Of a stretch of DNA of 64,000 bases, positions 1 to 10,612 are shown piece after piece. The notes under the pieces were generated by a model. The model was not told the origin of the DNA. It saw only the letters and a list, made by a program, of their open reading frames with translations, and did not search any database. Source of the stretch: Desulfobacterales bacterium (GTDB lineage Bacteria; Desulfobacterota; Syntrophobacteria; B119-G9); the NCBI GenBank assembly GCA_026983715.1, contig JALSTM010000077.1, positions 304 to 64,303 of the forward strand, read 5' to 3'. A program made the position numbers and the translations under genes. Positions within the stretch are counted from its first letter, which is position 1; each line of letters starts with the position of its first letter.

Positions 1-407
1 ATTTCTGGCTATGACGGAATCTTGGAAATAAATTTATCGAATACCTGAATCCGTGATCGTTCACCTGGGCCGCAGGCGCAATGAAGTGCCCGGCGGGTTA
101 TAGTACGCTATATCCAGCGGGCGATGACGCCGAGGATGCGGTGCAGGTGGACGCCCCGCAGAGCGTAAAAAGATTGCTTGACTAGGTGAAGAATAATTCA
201 CCCTGGCTATGTGGCCAATGATAAGCAACTTAGACACGTTATAAAAATTAGCCATAAAGTTTCGTCGCGGATTCAGGGAATAGTTTGATCCTTATTTTCG
301 TTCTAATTCTTGTTTATTTCTGGAAAGCGTGTTTATAATTGGCAATCAATTTTACACGAAAACATTTTGTAAGCTATTGATTTGTTGAATTAGTTCAAAA
401 TGCAGAA

Positions 408-1553
408 ATGGGAAAAATTCTCTGGAAATACTTCTTGAAAGAAATGTTGGGCCCTTTCCTTGTTAGCCTCGTGGTACTTATCCTGGTGTTGCTCCTCGGG
501 AAAGTTATGAAGCTTTCCGATGTGCTTTTCTCCGGTGGAGTAACGCTGGCAGCCTTTTCAAGGATTGTTTACTTTGCTTTACCCTACTTCCTTTTGTACG
601 CAATCCCCATGGCAACGCTCCTAGGGGTTCACCTCGCTTTTCTTCGCATGGCTAACGACCGCGAAATTATAGCGTTGAAAGCTTCGGGGGTTGGATGTGG
701 CAAAATGATAGGACCTGTTTTGGTGGTGGTTATTAGCGCGTACTTGCTAACCACGTATATTTCGCTATTTGTTTTACCGGATTCTTATTTTCGTATGAGG
801 CAGTCCTTGTATGAACTGATACAAAAAAGTGGCAAGGTACTGCTAAAGGAGAGGGTTTTTGTCGACCAGTTTCCAGGTTTGTTATTTTACGTTAATCATA
901 TCGACCCGGAAACTAAGCGTCTGGAAAAAGTGCTTATCCAGGACAACAGAACGCCGGAAGCGAGGTGTACGATTTTTGCCAAATCAGGGGAATTGGTGCC
1001 TCTTAAAAATGATTCGGGATATGTTTTACAGCTTGGAAACGGAGTGATTACCCGAATAAATGACAGTATGGATACTGCTCAAAATATAAATTTCGAGAGA
1101 TACGAATTGGTACTTGGAGGGAAAAGAAAGGGGGGAGGTTTGACCCGTAGCAAGGCGAAGGAGCTAACTACAAGGCAACTTATTGAGAGAATACGAAGTA
1201 GAAAAATCGATAAAAAGCGTTCAATAAAGTACCGTTTACTGCTTCACAAAAGGATAGCATTTCCTGTATCTTGCCTGGTTCTGGGACTCATAGCTGCCCC
1301 CCTGGGTATGAAAGTTAGAGAAGACACGCGGGTTCCGGGGCTTGCCAGTGGACTTGCCATTTTTCTCGTTTACTACGTTACGCTTACCGCGGGACAGAAT
1401 TTGAGCGAAGTTGGCATAATACCGCCAGCCATAGGGCTATGGTTTGCAAATTTAGTTTTCGGAGTCCTTGCAATATTTTTCTGGGTCCAAATTTCAAGAG
1501 ACAGAGGCATGCTCGAAATACCTCTTTTGAAAAGATTATTTTCCATGAAGTAG
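408..1553 (+). CDS. lptF: LptF/LptG-family (YjgP/YjgQ) LPS export permease, first of a pair
   Basis: 381 aa, six predicted TM segments with a large periplasmic loop; typical N-terminus 'ILWKYFLKEMLGPFL'; immediately followed by a paralogous permease. Confidence 0.6.
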   Translation: MGKILWKYFLKEMLGPFLVSLVVLILVLLLGKVMKLSDVLFSGGVTLAAFSRIVYFALPYFLLYAIPMATLLGVHLAFLRMANDREIIALKASGVGCGKMIGPVLVVVISAYLLTTYISLFVLPDSYFRMRQSLYELIQKSGKVLLKERVFVDQFPGLLFYVNHIDPETKRLEKVLIQDNRTPEARCTIFAKSGELVPLKNDSGYVLQLGNGVITRINDSMDTAQNINFERYELVLGGKRKGGGLTRSKAKELTTRQLIERIRSRKIDKKRSIKYRLLLHKRIAFPVSCLVLGLIAAPLGMKVREDTRVPGLASGLAIFLVYYVTLTAGQNLSEVGIIPPAIGLWFANLVFGVLAIFFWVQISRDRGMLEIPLLKRLFSMK

Positions 1554-1579
1554 TCAGGGATAACTTCGGACAAAAGATC

Positions 1580-2659
1580 ATGAGAATTCTCTGGAGGTAC
1601 TTGATAAAATCATTTCTTCAGGTTTTTTACCTGGCTCTGGGTGGCTTCGTTGTCATTTACTTGGTGATTGACCTTTTTGAAAAGATTGATGACCTGGTGG
1701 AAGCCCAGGTCAATTTTTCCAAGATCTTTGTGTACTTTTTGTGCAAGATCCCACTCATTGTTGTTGAAGGAATACCCATGGCCATCCTTATTGCGGCTAT
1801 TATAAGCTTTGGTATTCTCGGGAAAAACAATGAAATTGTGGCCTTGAAGGCCAGTGGGATTAACCTGTTAAGGTGTATTATTCCAATTTTGACAATTGCG
1901 CTTGTCATAAGCTCGGTGGATTTTTTCTTCAATCAGGAACTGGTACCTTTTTGCCTGAAAAAAGCTAACGCTATCTGGCAAAAAGAAAGTAAGAAATCAG
2001 GGCAATCGGCGGCAATTGCTCAAGGGCGGATTTGGTGCAGGAGCGACAATGTGATTTTAAATGCCGATTACTTTGACAGACGAAATAATGTGCTAAAGAA
2101 AGTTACATTATTTATCTTCGATGGTGATTTTGATCTTGTAAGGCGAGTGGACGCAAGGGAAGCTAGGTGGTCTGGTGAGGATTGGATTTTCATAAAAGGG
2201 GTTGATCAGCAGAAGAGCAAAGGTAATGCGTGGGTAATAAAGGCATTCAAAGCTAGGGTTTTACCTATAGAGGTTAATCCGGTAAGCTTTGAGACGGTCC
2301 AGAGGATTCCCGATGAGATGAGCTTCACGGAGCTTTACAATTATGTAAGCAGGTTGGAAAAGGAAGGTTATGACACCACATATTACAGGCTTAAACTACA
2401 TTCCAAGATTTCTTTTCCAACAACAGGTGTCGTTCTCGCTTTGTTAGGCCTTTCGATAGCATTTCTCCTGGGTCGCCATTCAAGCATACCCTTGGGGGTA
2501 GCACTGGCTACAGCCCTCGCTTTTGTTTACCTAGTGGTTTTTCAGTTTTCAATTTCACTGGGCGAGGCAGGGGTGCTTCCTCCCTTAATAGCCGCCTGGA
2601 TAGGAAACGTGTTGTTTTCCATGGTGGGTTGTCTTCTCTTGCTTAGAGCCCCGTTGTGA
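1580..2659 (+). CDS. lptG: LptG-like LPS export permease; start moved to the internal ATG at 1580 (MRILWRYLIKSF)
   Basis: Paralog of the upstream permease; the 5' extension of the tracked ORF (1439-1579) overlaps the lptF 3' end and has no family-like sequence; conserved 'ILWRYL' N-terminus starts at 1580. Confidence 0.6.
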   Translation: MRILWRYLIKSFLQVFYLALGGFVVIYLVIDLFEKIDDLVEAQVNFSKIFVYFLCKIPLIVVEGIPMAILIAAIISFGILGKNNEIVALKASGINLLRCIIPILTIALVISSVDFFFNQELVPFCLKKANAIWQKESKKSGQSAAIAQGRIWCRSDNVILNADYFDRRNNVLKKVTLFIFDGDFDLVRRVDAREARWSGEDWIFIKGVDQQKSKGNAWVIKAFKARVLPIEVNPVSFETVQRIPDEMSFTELYNYVSRLEKEGYDTTYYRLKLHSKISFPTTGVVLALLGLSIAFLLGRHSSIPLGVALATALAFVYLVVFQFSISLGEAGVLPPLIAAWIGNVLFSMVGCLLLLRAPL

Positions 2660-2668
2660 TCTAGAGTT

Positions 2669-3649
2669 CTAGCTGTATAGCCAGCACCTGACATGGTGAC
2701 TTCCCTCCACCGAGTATAAATCCGGCATTTTCCCCTTGCATATGTCCATCGCTTGACGACACCTGGGATGAAAGTAACAACCGCTGGGCGGGGATGCAGG
2801 GTTTGGAACATCTCCCTTAAGTACCAAGCCTCGTCGGAAAGCCCCGGGTGTCAATCTTGGAACGGAGGCCAGCAAAGCCTTTGTGTATGGATGCTTTGGA
2901 GTGTCGTAAATCTCCTTGTTTGTGCCCACTTCTACCAGTTTTCCCACATACATAACGGCAATTCGGTCGCACATGTGGCGTACAACGTTCAAGTCATGAG
3001 ATATGAATAAATACGTAAGATCAAATTGCTCCTGGATGTCCAGCAAAAGATTAATAACTTGAGCCTGAATTGATACGTCCAGGGATGATAACGGTTCATC
3101 ACAAACAATCAACTTTGGCTCCAGCGCAAGGGCCCTTGCAATTCCAATCCGCTGACGTTGGCCTCCGCTAAATTCGTGAGGATACCTTGTAAAATGATTT
3201 TCGTGGAGCCCGACACTTTTCATCAGATGGATTACTTTTTCTTTCCTTTCTTTCGGAGTCGCAACACGGTGAATTTCCAAACCTTCCCCAATAATTGATC
3301 CGACTGTCTGGCGAGGGTTTAAGGATGCATAGGGATCCTGAAAGATGATCTGAATCTTGCGAGCCAGTTCCAATTTCTGGGTTCTACGGGAATAGTATAT
3401 ACTTTCTCCTTCCAGGTAAATATCTCCCTTGGTGGGAGGTTCCAGGCCAGCGACGAGTCTCCCAAGGGTTGATTTGCCGCATCCGCTTTCACCCACAAGC
3501 CCAAAGGTCTCTCCCTTGTTTAAAGCGAAAGATACTCCGTCCACGGCCAGGATATGAACTTTTGCCTTTTTAAAAATACCGGCATGAAGCGGATAGTATT
3601 TGGCTAAATCCTGAACTTTTATGAGCTCGCTTCCATTTGACCTGTTCAT
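2669..3649 (-). CDS. Oligopeptide/dipeptide ABC transporter ATP-binding protein (DppF/OppF-like)
   Basis: Walker A 'GESGCGKST', ABC signature 'LSGGQRQR', Walker B 'LIVCDEP'; C-terminal oligopeptide-ABC extension with cysteines (CYFHPRC). Confidence 0.8.
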   Translation of the reverse strand: MNRSNGSELIKVQDLAKYYPLHAGIFKKAKVHILAVDGVSFALNKGETFGLVGESGCGKSTLGRLVAGLEPPTKGDIYLEGESIYYSRRTQKLELARKIQIIFQDPYASLNPRQTVGSIIGEGLEIHRVATPKERKEKVIHLMKSVGLHENHFTRYPHEFSGGQRQRIGIARALALEPKLIVCDEPLSSLDVSIQAQVINLLLDIQEQFDLTYLFISHDLNVVRHMCDRIAVMYVGKLVEVGTNKEIYDTPKHPYTKALLASVPRLTPGAFRRGLVLKGDVPNPASPPSGCYFHPRCRQAMDICKGKMPDLYSVEGSHHVRCWLYS

Positions 3650-3650
3650 G

Positions 3651-4631
3651 CTAGTCTCTCTCGCACAGCCAGCATTTTACCACCTGGCCATCTTCTACTC
3701 TGAATTCCGGTGGTTCTTCATGACGGCATTTATCCAAAGCGAACTTGCACCTTGTATGAAAACGGCAACCACTAGGCCAGCTCGTGGGACTCGGAACTAT
3801 CCCCGGAATAGTGAAAAGTTTCTTACTTTTTAAAGTTTCTGTCTCGCGCGGAATAGAGGAAAGAAGTCCCTGGGTATAAGGGTGACGAGGATTTTCAAAT
3901 AATGTCTGAACAGAAAGCTTTTCCACAACTTGCCCTGCATAGAAAACGGAGACTTGCTGGCATATCGAAGCAATCACCCCCAGGTCATGAGAAACAAAAA
4001 TCATGCTAATGTTCTGCTTTTCTTGAATCTCTAACAGTAGATCAAGGATTTGTGCCTGGACAGTCACGTCTAGAGCAGTTGTAGGTTCATCGGCAATAAG
4101 GAGATCCGGTCCGCAAGCAAGTGCCATTGCTATCATAACCCTTTGTCTCAAGCCTCCGCTCAACTGGTGAGGATATTGCCGTGCCCTGTTAACGGGGTCA
4201 GGGAAGCCCACCCTATCTAAAATATGAATTGCCTTCTCGTCAGCTTCTTTCTTTGATATTTTTTCGTGGCAGTAAATGGCTTCACTTATCTGGTCTATCA
4301 CCCTAAACACCGGGTTTAAAGAACTCATGGGATCCTGAAATATCATGGATATTTTCTTACCACGGAGTTCTCTCATTTCTTCTTCCCGAATGGCAAGGAG
4401 ATTTTGAGAATTAAAAAGTATCTCTCCTTCAACGATTTTTCCTGGAGGTTGAGGAATTAGCCTCATAATTGACAAAGCCGTAACGCTTTTACCACACCCT
4501 GATTCACCTACAATTCCAAGGGTTTCACCCTTCCTTATTTGTAGGTTAATCCCGTCTACGGCCCTCGATACGCCATCGTTGGTAAAAAAGTAGGTTTTCA
4601 GGTTGGTGATTTTAAGGAGTGAGCTATTCAT
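3651..4631 (-). CDS. Oligopeptide/dipeptide ABC transporter ATP-binding protein (DppD/OppD-like)
   Basis: Walker A 'GESGCGKS', signature 'LSGGLRQR', '[12 protein letters not shown]'; C-terminal 'CRFHTRC'; stop and start adjacent to the downstream ATPase. Confidence 0.8.
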   Translation of the reverse strand: MNSSLLKITNLKTYFFTNDGVSRAVDGINLQIRKGETLGIVGESGCGKSVTALSIMRLIPQPPGKIVEGEILFNSQNLLAIREEEMRELRGKKISMIFQDPMSSLNPVFRVIDQISEAIYCHEKISKKEADEKAIHILDRVGFPDPVNRARQYPHQLSGGLRQRVMIAMALACGPDLLIADEPTTALDVTVQAQILDLLLEIQEKQNISMIFVSHDLGVIASICQQVSVFYAGQVVEKLSVQTLFENPRHPYTQGLLSSIPRETETLKSKKLFTIPGIVPSPTSWPSGCRFHTRCKFALDKCRHEEPPEFRVEDGQVVKCWLCERD

Positions 4632-4640
4632 AGAATCGCT

Positions 4641-6008
4641 TTAATCTTCAACCGGCAAAATAAAATAGAAATTGTTACCGTAAGGTGTCGCCTCGTAGCC
4701 TGTTGAACCTCCGTGTATTTGAATGACTTTCTTCACGAAGCTAAGCCCGTGGCCGGTCCCCGGTTCGCCGAGCGAATTTCTGCCCCTGTACCCGTCTTCA
4801 AAAATCTTATCCACTTCATCTTTGTCTACATGAGGGCCCGTGCTGAAAACATTGAACTTTATTCCGTCCTTTTCTCCGTTGAAGTACTTCGGTACTTTTT
4901 CCCATCCAAAAGCTATGCACTTCACCTTTTCATTGTTAACAGTTGTGACCTCCCGTGTATATTTAAGGGCATTTGAGAAAAGGTTGGCATATACCTGAGA
5001 AATCAGTCCTACGTCAACTACAAGTTGAATTTCTATGTCCGGGACACCTCCAAGGCTGTTATCTATTTCTATGCTCTTCTGCTTGAATCGGGGTAAAAAC
5101 CTTTCCAGTTGAGGGTCAATAACTTCTTGCCTGAAGTTGCAGACTCTTTTCTTTAATACAAAAGTTCCGGCCTCGAAATGGCTTTTCCTGAATAGTGTCT
5201 CAAGGAATAGGCTTGTGTTTCTATAGTGCTTCTCAAGGTTATCGTACTCTTCTTCGAGACTGCGGTTCACTTCCGCCATTTCGAGCAGACACCTGTTTAT
5301 TTTTTCGATAGTTTCATTCTCGATGTGAGTAAGTTCAGCGCAGGATTTTTTCATGATTTCTTCAATGTGCTTATTTTTCTTAATTTTTGCACGGATCCTG
5401 TGCAAAAAAAGCCGAAAAATCATGTTTGGGACAATAACATTATGTTCAATATCAGCGATAAGCGTATTAATAAACTGTAGATGTTCACTATCCTGCTTGG
5501 CAAGAATTCGTCTATGCAGAGCGCAACCAATGCGGTCACTAATCTTCTGTAAAAAAAGGATTTCCTGAGCGTTGAGATTTTCCCCGTTTTTTATTTCGAG
5601 TGAACCCAAGTAATGATGCGGAAGACCGTACGGGTTTCTCAAGTGTTCATTTCCCATGATTGGCACGTAGAGCGAACCTTCCTGGAGATATATCTTGTTC
5701 TGTATTCTAAGAGATTGCTTATTTCGCTTTGAGGTTTTCCCTGTCTTAGCGGGAGTAGCATCACTGTCCTTTGCTTGGGTTGAAGGATCAAACAGGTGTA
5801 TCTCGGAGTCCCAGTCGAAAAACGTTTTAAGTACACCCTTGGCAATCTTGATGAGGCTTTCGAGGTCGTCGCTTTTCTGGGCAAGGTCAAAAAAGACGGT
5901 CAACGCGAAATCTTCTTCACGAGAAAAGCCGGCCCTTTCCAACTCTTTTCGTTTTTGAGATATTTGCTTGAAAATTTTGTCAGTTTCCGGACTCATAGCA
6001 CGATGCAA
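4641..6008 (-). CDS. Cytoplasmic histidine-kinase-like ATPase (HATPase_c with putative GAF-like N-terminal region)
   Basis: C-terminal N/G1/G2 boxes ('NLFSNALKYT', 'GTGHGLSFVKKVIQIHGG'); no TM segments; last member of the 10227->2669 minus-strand gene string. Confidence 0.5.
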   Translation of the reverse strand: MHRAMSPETDKIFKQISQKRKELERAGFSREEDFALTVFFDLAQKSDDLESLIKIAKGVLKTFFDWDSEIHLFDPSTQAKDSDATPAKTGKTSKRNKQSLRIQNKIYLQEGSLYVPIMGNEHLRNPYGLPHHYLGSLEIKNGENLNAQEILFLQKISDRIGCALHRRILAKQDSEHLQFINTLIADIEHNVIVPNMIFRLFLHRIRAKIKKNKHIEEIMKKSCAELTHIENETIEKINRCLLEMAEVNRSLEEEYDNLEKHYRNTSLFLETLFRKSHFEAGTFVLKKRVCNFRQEVIDPQLERFLPRFKQKSIEIDNSLGGVPDIEIQLVVDVGLISQVYANLFSNALKYTREVTTVNNEKVKCIAFGWEKVPKYFNGEKDGIKFNVFSTGPHVDKDEVDKIFEDGYRGRNSLGEPGTGHGLSFVKKVIQIHGGSTGYEATPYGNNFYFILPVED

Positions 6009-6026
6009 AATTACGTGTTGTTGCCT

Positions 6027-8348
6027 CTAAGAGGCGTTTTGTTTGCGAGAGATTCCCTCGGTTTTCAATTCTTTTAGCAGGCTTTTTGCCTTCTCTGCCT
6101 CCGAAAAATTGGGGTTGAGTTTCAAAGCCTCTTCCAACTGCTTGATTGCCTTATCTTTTTCGTTTTTTGCTTTGTAGGCAAGAGCGAGGTGATAGTGTAC
6201 CAGGGGCTCTTTCGGCAACTTTTCCATGGCATCCAGAAGGTAAGAAATAGCAAAGGCGTTAGATCCTTTTTTGTGGTATATCCATCCGATCGTATCATTT
6301 ACCCTGGGATCTTCCGGCAGGACTGCTTTTGCCTGCTGGGCAAATTTCAAAGCCTCGTCGATGTTTCCTCCATGCTCCGATAATATCCAGGCAAGGTTAT
6401 TGGCCGCTGCTCCAAACCGGGGGGAGATGTCCAGGGCTTTTCTATAATACTTTTCTGCGTCTTCATATTTTCCCTGCTGTTCGTATATCATTCCGACAAA
6501 AAGGTAGCCGGGCGAAAATTGAGGTCTTTTTTTCAAGATTTCCTCGTATTTTTTAACCGCATCATCCAATCTCCCTTCCTGCCTGTAAAGTTGTGCAAGA
6601 GAAAAATAAGCGGGTAAGTAATTCTCATCTTTCTGTATGGCCGTAAGAAACATCTTTTCGGCTTTCTTGTTGTCTTTCGAGTTGAGGGCTATTTGGCCCA
6701 AAATGTTGTAAATGTGGGAGACCTTGGGAGCTTTCTTGATTTGTTCATTGCAAAGCTCGATGGCTTTATCTCTTTGTCCTTTTCTCATGTATACCGCTAC
6801 GAGCTGCTGAAGTGCTCCCGGATGTCCCGGGATATCGGATAATACCTGTTTAAGCTTTCTTACTGCTTCGTCCTGTTTGTTCTCGACAAGGTCCAGCAAG
6901 GCTAATTTATAAATCAGTAAAGGGTTTTTGGGGCTTTTTTCAAGTGCGCTTGAATAATATTTTCTGGCTCGTGTCAGCTCTTTTTTGGCAAAGGATATAT
7001 TCCCCAGGAGTACAAGTGCTGCCGTTGAGTTTGGATTTAGCTTGAGAATTTCCTGGGCCTGATTAGTGGCCTCATCGAAATCTCTTTCCTTGAAGGCTAT
7101 TTCGGCGAGAATGAGTCTTGCCTTGATATCTCTCGGATTTAGCCTTATTTCTTTTGCGAATGCTTGCTTTGCCTGATTAATCTCTTTAGTCCCAAGGTGG
7201 GCTAAGGCTTTATAGTAGAAGACTTTGTTTAACCTAGGTGCTTCTCTGGCTGCTTCTGATAGCGCAGTGAGGGCTTCGTCATATTTTTTATCCATAAGTG
7301 CCAGGCGCCCTTTTATCAACAGAGCGCTGGGGAGCTTGGGATCTTTCTGTAAAACTTGGTCAAGAACCTTTCTGGCTTGTTCCGGATGATTAAAATCAAG
7401 GTGAAGCCTAGCGATATTTGAAAGAATTTCTAAGTTTTTCGGTTGTGACTTGTGCGCTTGCTCAAAGCTGGCCAGGGCTTCTTTGTATTTCCCTCGAAAA
7501 GCATGAAACCCACCCAATGCAAGGAGTGCCATCGGATCTTTTGGGTTGTTCTTCACAGCCTTTTCTAAAATTTCTTTTTCTTTATCCCACTTTTTTTCTA
7601 TCTCGTAATACCTGGCAAGGTTAATGTAGTGCTTGGTATTTTTTGGCTCCTTTTTTATTATTTCTCTCAGTATTTTTTCGGCCTCGGCCTTATTTCCTTT
7701 TCTTCTGTAAAGACCAGCGAGGCTGTACAAGAGATTCACATCGGAAGGATTATTCTTTACAGCATCTTTTAATACCTTTTCCGCCTTCTCGGGTTCCTTT
7801 TTCCTCTCGTAGAGTAATGCCAGGGAAATAATGCTCCGCGTCTCCTTAGGATTGTTTTTAAGATAATCTTTCAGAAGCTTCTCGGCATCATCCCATTTTT
7901 TGTTTCGTATGGCGATATTGGCGAGCAGTAACTTCAGCTTGTCGTTCTTGGGATCTAGTTGTTTTATTGTTTCTGCTTCCTTTTGGGCTTCTTTGACCTT
8001 GCCTGCCAGAAGGTAGAATTCTGCCAGCTTCAAATGAGCGTCTACGTTCTTAGGATCGAGATCGACAGTCTTAATAAACGCCCTAAAAGCTTCTCTTGCC
8101 TTTTTTGTTTTTAAATATGCCAGAGCCAGTTTGTACTGGGCTTTTGCATTTTTGGGGTTAATTTGGAGGACATTGAGATACTGAATGATAGCTTCTGGGT
8201 ATTTCCCTTCCTTGTAGTAATTTTCTGCGCTTTTGAAAAACTTGGCCTCTTTTTCCTGCGGTGAACTACAACCGAACGTAGTTGCCAGGACAAATGCCAT
8301 TATTGTAAATATCAGCGAAATATTTCGGATTCTGGTTTTGTGTACCAT
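6027..8348 (-). CDS. Large TPR-repeat lipoprotein (about 20 TPR units)
   Basis: Start placed at the ATG at 8346-8348, preceded by AGGAGG; signal peptide with lipobox 'TTFGCSS'; the rest of the protein is tandem TPR repeats (AxxYxxxG patterns). Confidence 0.75.
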   Translation of the reverse strand: MVHKTRIRNISLIFTIMAFVLATTFGCSSPQEKEAKFFKSAENYYKEGKYPEAIIQYLNVLQINPKNAKAQYKLALAYLKTKKAREAFRAFIKTVDLDPKNVDAHLKLAEFYLLAGKVKEAQKEAETIKQLDPKNDKLKLLLANIAIRNKKWDDAEKLLKDYLKNNPKETRSIISLALLYERKKEPEKAEKVLKDAVKNNPSDVNLLYSLAGLYRRKGNKAEAEKILREIIKKEPKNTKHYINLARYYEIEKKWDKEKEILEKAVKNNPKDPMALLALGGFHAFRGKYKEALASFEQAHKSQPKNLEILSNIARLHLDFNHPEQARKVLDQVLQKDPKLPSALLIKGRLALMDKKYDEALTALSEAAREAPRLNKVFYYKALAHLGTKEINQAKQAFAKEIRLNPRDIKARLILAEIAFKERDFDEATNQAQEILKLNPNSTAALVLLGNISFAKKELTRARKYYSSALEKSPKNPLLIYKLALLDLVENKQDEAVRKLKQVLSDIPGHPGALQQLVAVYMRKGQRDKAIELCNEQIKKAPKVSHIYNILGQIALNSKDNKKAEKMFLTAIQKDENYLPAYFSLAQLYRQEGRLDDAVKKYEEILKKRPQFSPGYLFVGMIYEQQGKYEDAEKYYRKALDISPRFGAAANNLAWILSEHGGNIDEALKFAQQAKAVLPEDPRVNDTIGWIYHKKGSNAFAISYLLDAMEKLPKEPLVHYHLALAYKAKNEKDKAIKQLEEALKLNPNFSEAEKAKSLLKELKTEGISRKQNAS

Positions 8349-8508
8349 TGTTCCTCCTGAGATTAATGTTAACATCTGGGCCACGCCCACGCAAAGACCA
8401 TGGCAAGTAGACTTGATAATCATAAACGATAACCAAGAAGCTGTCCAATTAAAGCCTTATGTGTCCCATTAGCATGGGGGTGGAATTTATCAATCATTTC
8501 TCGATCAT

Positions 8509-10227
8509 CTACTTTTTTACCAGTATTCCTTCCAAGTACCTGGGATCTATTGTTTCCAGATCTTTTATCCCGGAGAAATTCTCCTTGAATTGATCCAGTA
8601 CTACTTCGACATATGATGCAATCACTTGCATTGCGCTGTCAGAAGAAAATTGTATTTCACTTACAAACTTACCAGCCAGAATTTCTGACGACTGACCTAG
8701 GCTCCTTAGAGCACATGGTATTTCGGTTCTGGGGATCGGAAGGCAGGAGTATTCCCCGCGGATTTCCTTGTTTGCTATTGCTGTAATTATGATGTCATCA
8801 ATTTTTATTTCTGTCGGTTCTCCGGGTTGACCAAGGGGCCATAGATTCTGGACTATCTGGTTGTAGTCAACGTTAAGGGCGTGATATATTTCCCCCATAA
8901 ATTCTATTTCTCTCAGTTTACCCTCTGTCCAGAGGATTTCCTCGAGGGTAGAGAAGGGCTTTGTAAGTAAGCCGCCTTCAGGGGTTATTTCTAGGCACTG
9001 GGGATCGGGCGGAATAAGAGCCTCCAGTAAAGACTGGTACGGTGCCTGAAGTATTAATGTCTTGTGGGGCCAATTAGATATCCAGCCTTTTTCTATCAAT
9101 TGCTGGGCTCTTTTCTTCAATCGTTTTACAATAGTAAAACCTACTCTGAATACGGACTCCAGAGGATAAGATTTTAAGAATTCCACAGCTTCTCGTACAG
9201 ATACTATCCCTCCTTGCTCAAGTCCTAGTTCTACGTATGATACGACTTTTTCGACTGCCTTTCTCATCGATTCGGAGTCACCCAGAGAAAGGCGATCGGC
9301 TACGATAATTTTGTTTGCCAGTGAGGCGAATTCTATCTTGAGAAAGTTTAGCACTTCAAGATCTTCTATTTGTTCCACTGCCTTCGCCAGGAGGTTTCTT
9401 CCCGGTAATAAAACGAGAGGATAAATAGAAGGGGTTATATCGGGTCTCTGGATTACCGTGGATTTCTTATTTAAAAAGTGTTTTGAATACAGCTCGCCAG
9501 GCTCTATGTCTTTGTAGATTTCTAGTGCATCATAAAAGTCCGGAATAGCTAAATCTTCCAATCTTCCCTTGCGCCACCTATAAGCATCTTCTTCCAGTTC
9601 TGCCTGAATACCCCAGATGACTCCTTCCATTACCTGGAAATATAGTTTCCTGTCCAGTTCGAAAAGTGTAGCAAGGATCGTTTTCAAAAGCGGCAGCTTA
9701 TCGCCTTTTTTTGCGTTCCAGTAATAGATATTATCTATCGTGTGAGGCGGCAGCTTATCAGTGGCTTCAACGAAGTCAATATCGTCTGGGTCGGGAACTT
9801 TCTCCAGTACTAGCCACTTTTTGAGTAGTGATATCAGAAGTTCTACATCCACGTTCGAAAGCCACATGAGAAGTTGTCTTGGGGCATTTACCCTGAGAAA
9901 TTCAAGCCATTCCCACGCTTTTTCTTCTTCGGGCAAATATTTTTCCCACCATTCCAGGTCAAACAAAAACTTTAGTTGTGACGGGTTTGCATTTCTAACC
10001 AAAACGAGTGCGTCGCTTAAATCTACTTCCTTTAACGTGATGTAGAAGTCCTGTTCTGGAAATCTGCGAACCAAGGCCTCGGGGTTTGGGCTCTCCGCAA
10101 TGGCCTTGATCCTGTCTGGCGCTGGAAGATGCATTATATGTTCGATCTGCTCATCCAGGGATTTTTGATATATCTCTCCTGATGTTTTGTGTTGTGGAAA
10201 GGGTATTGTATTGTTGTTTCTTGGCAT
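8509..10227 (-). CDS. Hypothetical conserved protein (572 aa), no recognisable domain
   Basis: Long clean ORF co-directional with and 85 nt upstream of the TPR lipoprotein gene; the protein-like overlapping ORF on the opposite strand is Ser-rich junk. Confidence 0.5.
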   Translation of the reverse strand: MPRNNNTIPFPQHKTSGEIYQKSLDEQIEHIMHLPAPDRIKAIAESPNPEALVRRFPEQDFYITLKEVDLSDALVLVRNANPSQLKFLFDLEWWEKYLPEEEKAWEWLEFLRVNAPRQLLMWLSNVDVELLISLLKKWLVLEKVPDPDDIDFVEATDKLPPHTIDNIYYWNAKKGDKLPLLKTILATLFELDRKLYFQVMEGVIWGIQAELEEDAYRWRKGRLEDLAIPDFYDALEIYKDIEPGELYSKHFLNKKSTVIQRPDITPSIYPLVLLPGRNLLAKAVEQIEDLEVLNFLKIEFASLANKIIVADRLSLGDSESMRKAVEKVVSYVELGLEQGGIVSVREAVEFLKSYPLESVFRVGFTIVKRLKKRAQQLIEKGWISNWPHKTLILQAPYQSLLEALIPPDPQCLEITPEGGLLTKPFSTLEEILWTEGKLREIEFMGEIYHALNVDYNQIVQNLWPLGQPGEPTEIKIDDIIITAIANKEIRGEYSCLPIPRTEIPCALRSLGQSSEILAGKFVSEIQFSSDSAMQVIASYVEVVLDQFKENFSGIKDLETIDPRYLEGILVKK

Positions 10228-10473
10228 TTTTAATCCCGTTTCTAAATCGTCTAATTCTACATGGTACTTGTCTGCTACAACGAAGTATTAAAACCAGATC
10301 TCTGTCTCGATAAGGGTATGGGAAAAGGCCTTACATACCTATTAAAAATGATTCTCTTAAAGACAGCCATGCTCTTAAATCCTGTGTAGTTTTTAAATAT
10401 AGCTCTTTTAGTTTACTGTAACAAGGGGCTCTAGCCTAGTGAACCAATTCCCCAAAAACATTTTTAACACTTT

Positions 10474-10612
10474 GTCATTGTGAGGTATCTGCCAGAGGCA
10501 GATGGTAATGCAATCTTCCTCGGATATCAAACTCTTGGAGATTGCTTCGTTATGCTTGCAATGACCGTGCTTTAGAATACTTCCCTATAAACATGTAGCG
10601 TTTTATCGTGTC
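10474..10612. repeat. Copy A of a MITE-like intergenic repeat: terminal inverted repeats gtcattgTgag/cttgcaatgac flanking a conserved core 'gagattgcttcg', with an adjacent 41-nt module in reverse orientation
   Basis: Direct comparison with 37512-37804: shared TIR (11 nt, 1 mismatch), shared core, and the 41-nt block 'ttagaatacttccctataaacatgtagcgttttatcgtgtc' is the reverse complement of 37764-37804. Confidence 0.6.

Noticed and set aside
61-255. 64-aa minus-strand ORF in the GC-richer first 200 nt of the window
   Set aside because: Pro/Arg-rich translation and no start context. The region looks non-coding (possibly the 3' flank of an off-window element), but I could not match it to tmRNA, RNase P, SRP or 5S signatures.
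1439-1579. 5' extension of the LptG ORF (MVCKFSFRSP...) overlapping lptF
   Set aside because: No RBS, and it overlaps the lptF 3' end in another frame. The conserved LptG N-terminus begins at the ATG at 1580.
9761-10045. Ser-rich 94-aa + strand ORF inside the 572-aa hypothetical gene
   Set aside because: Antisense shadow ORF of a longer, better-supported gene. Low-complexity Ser-rich content.
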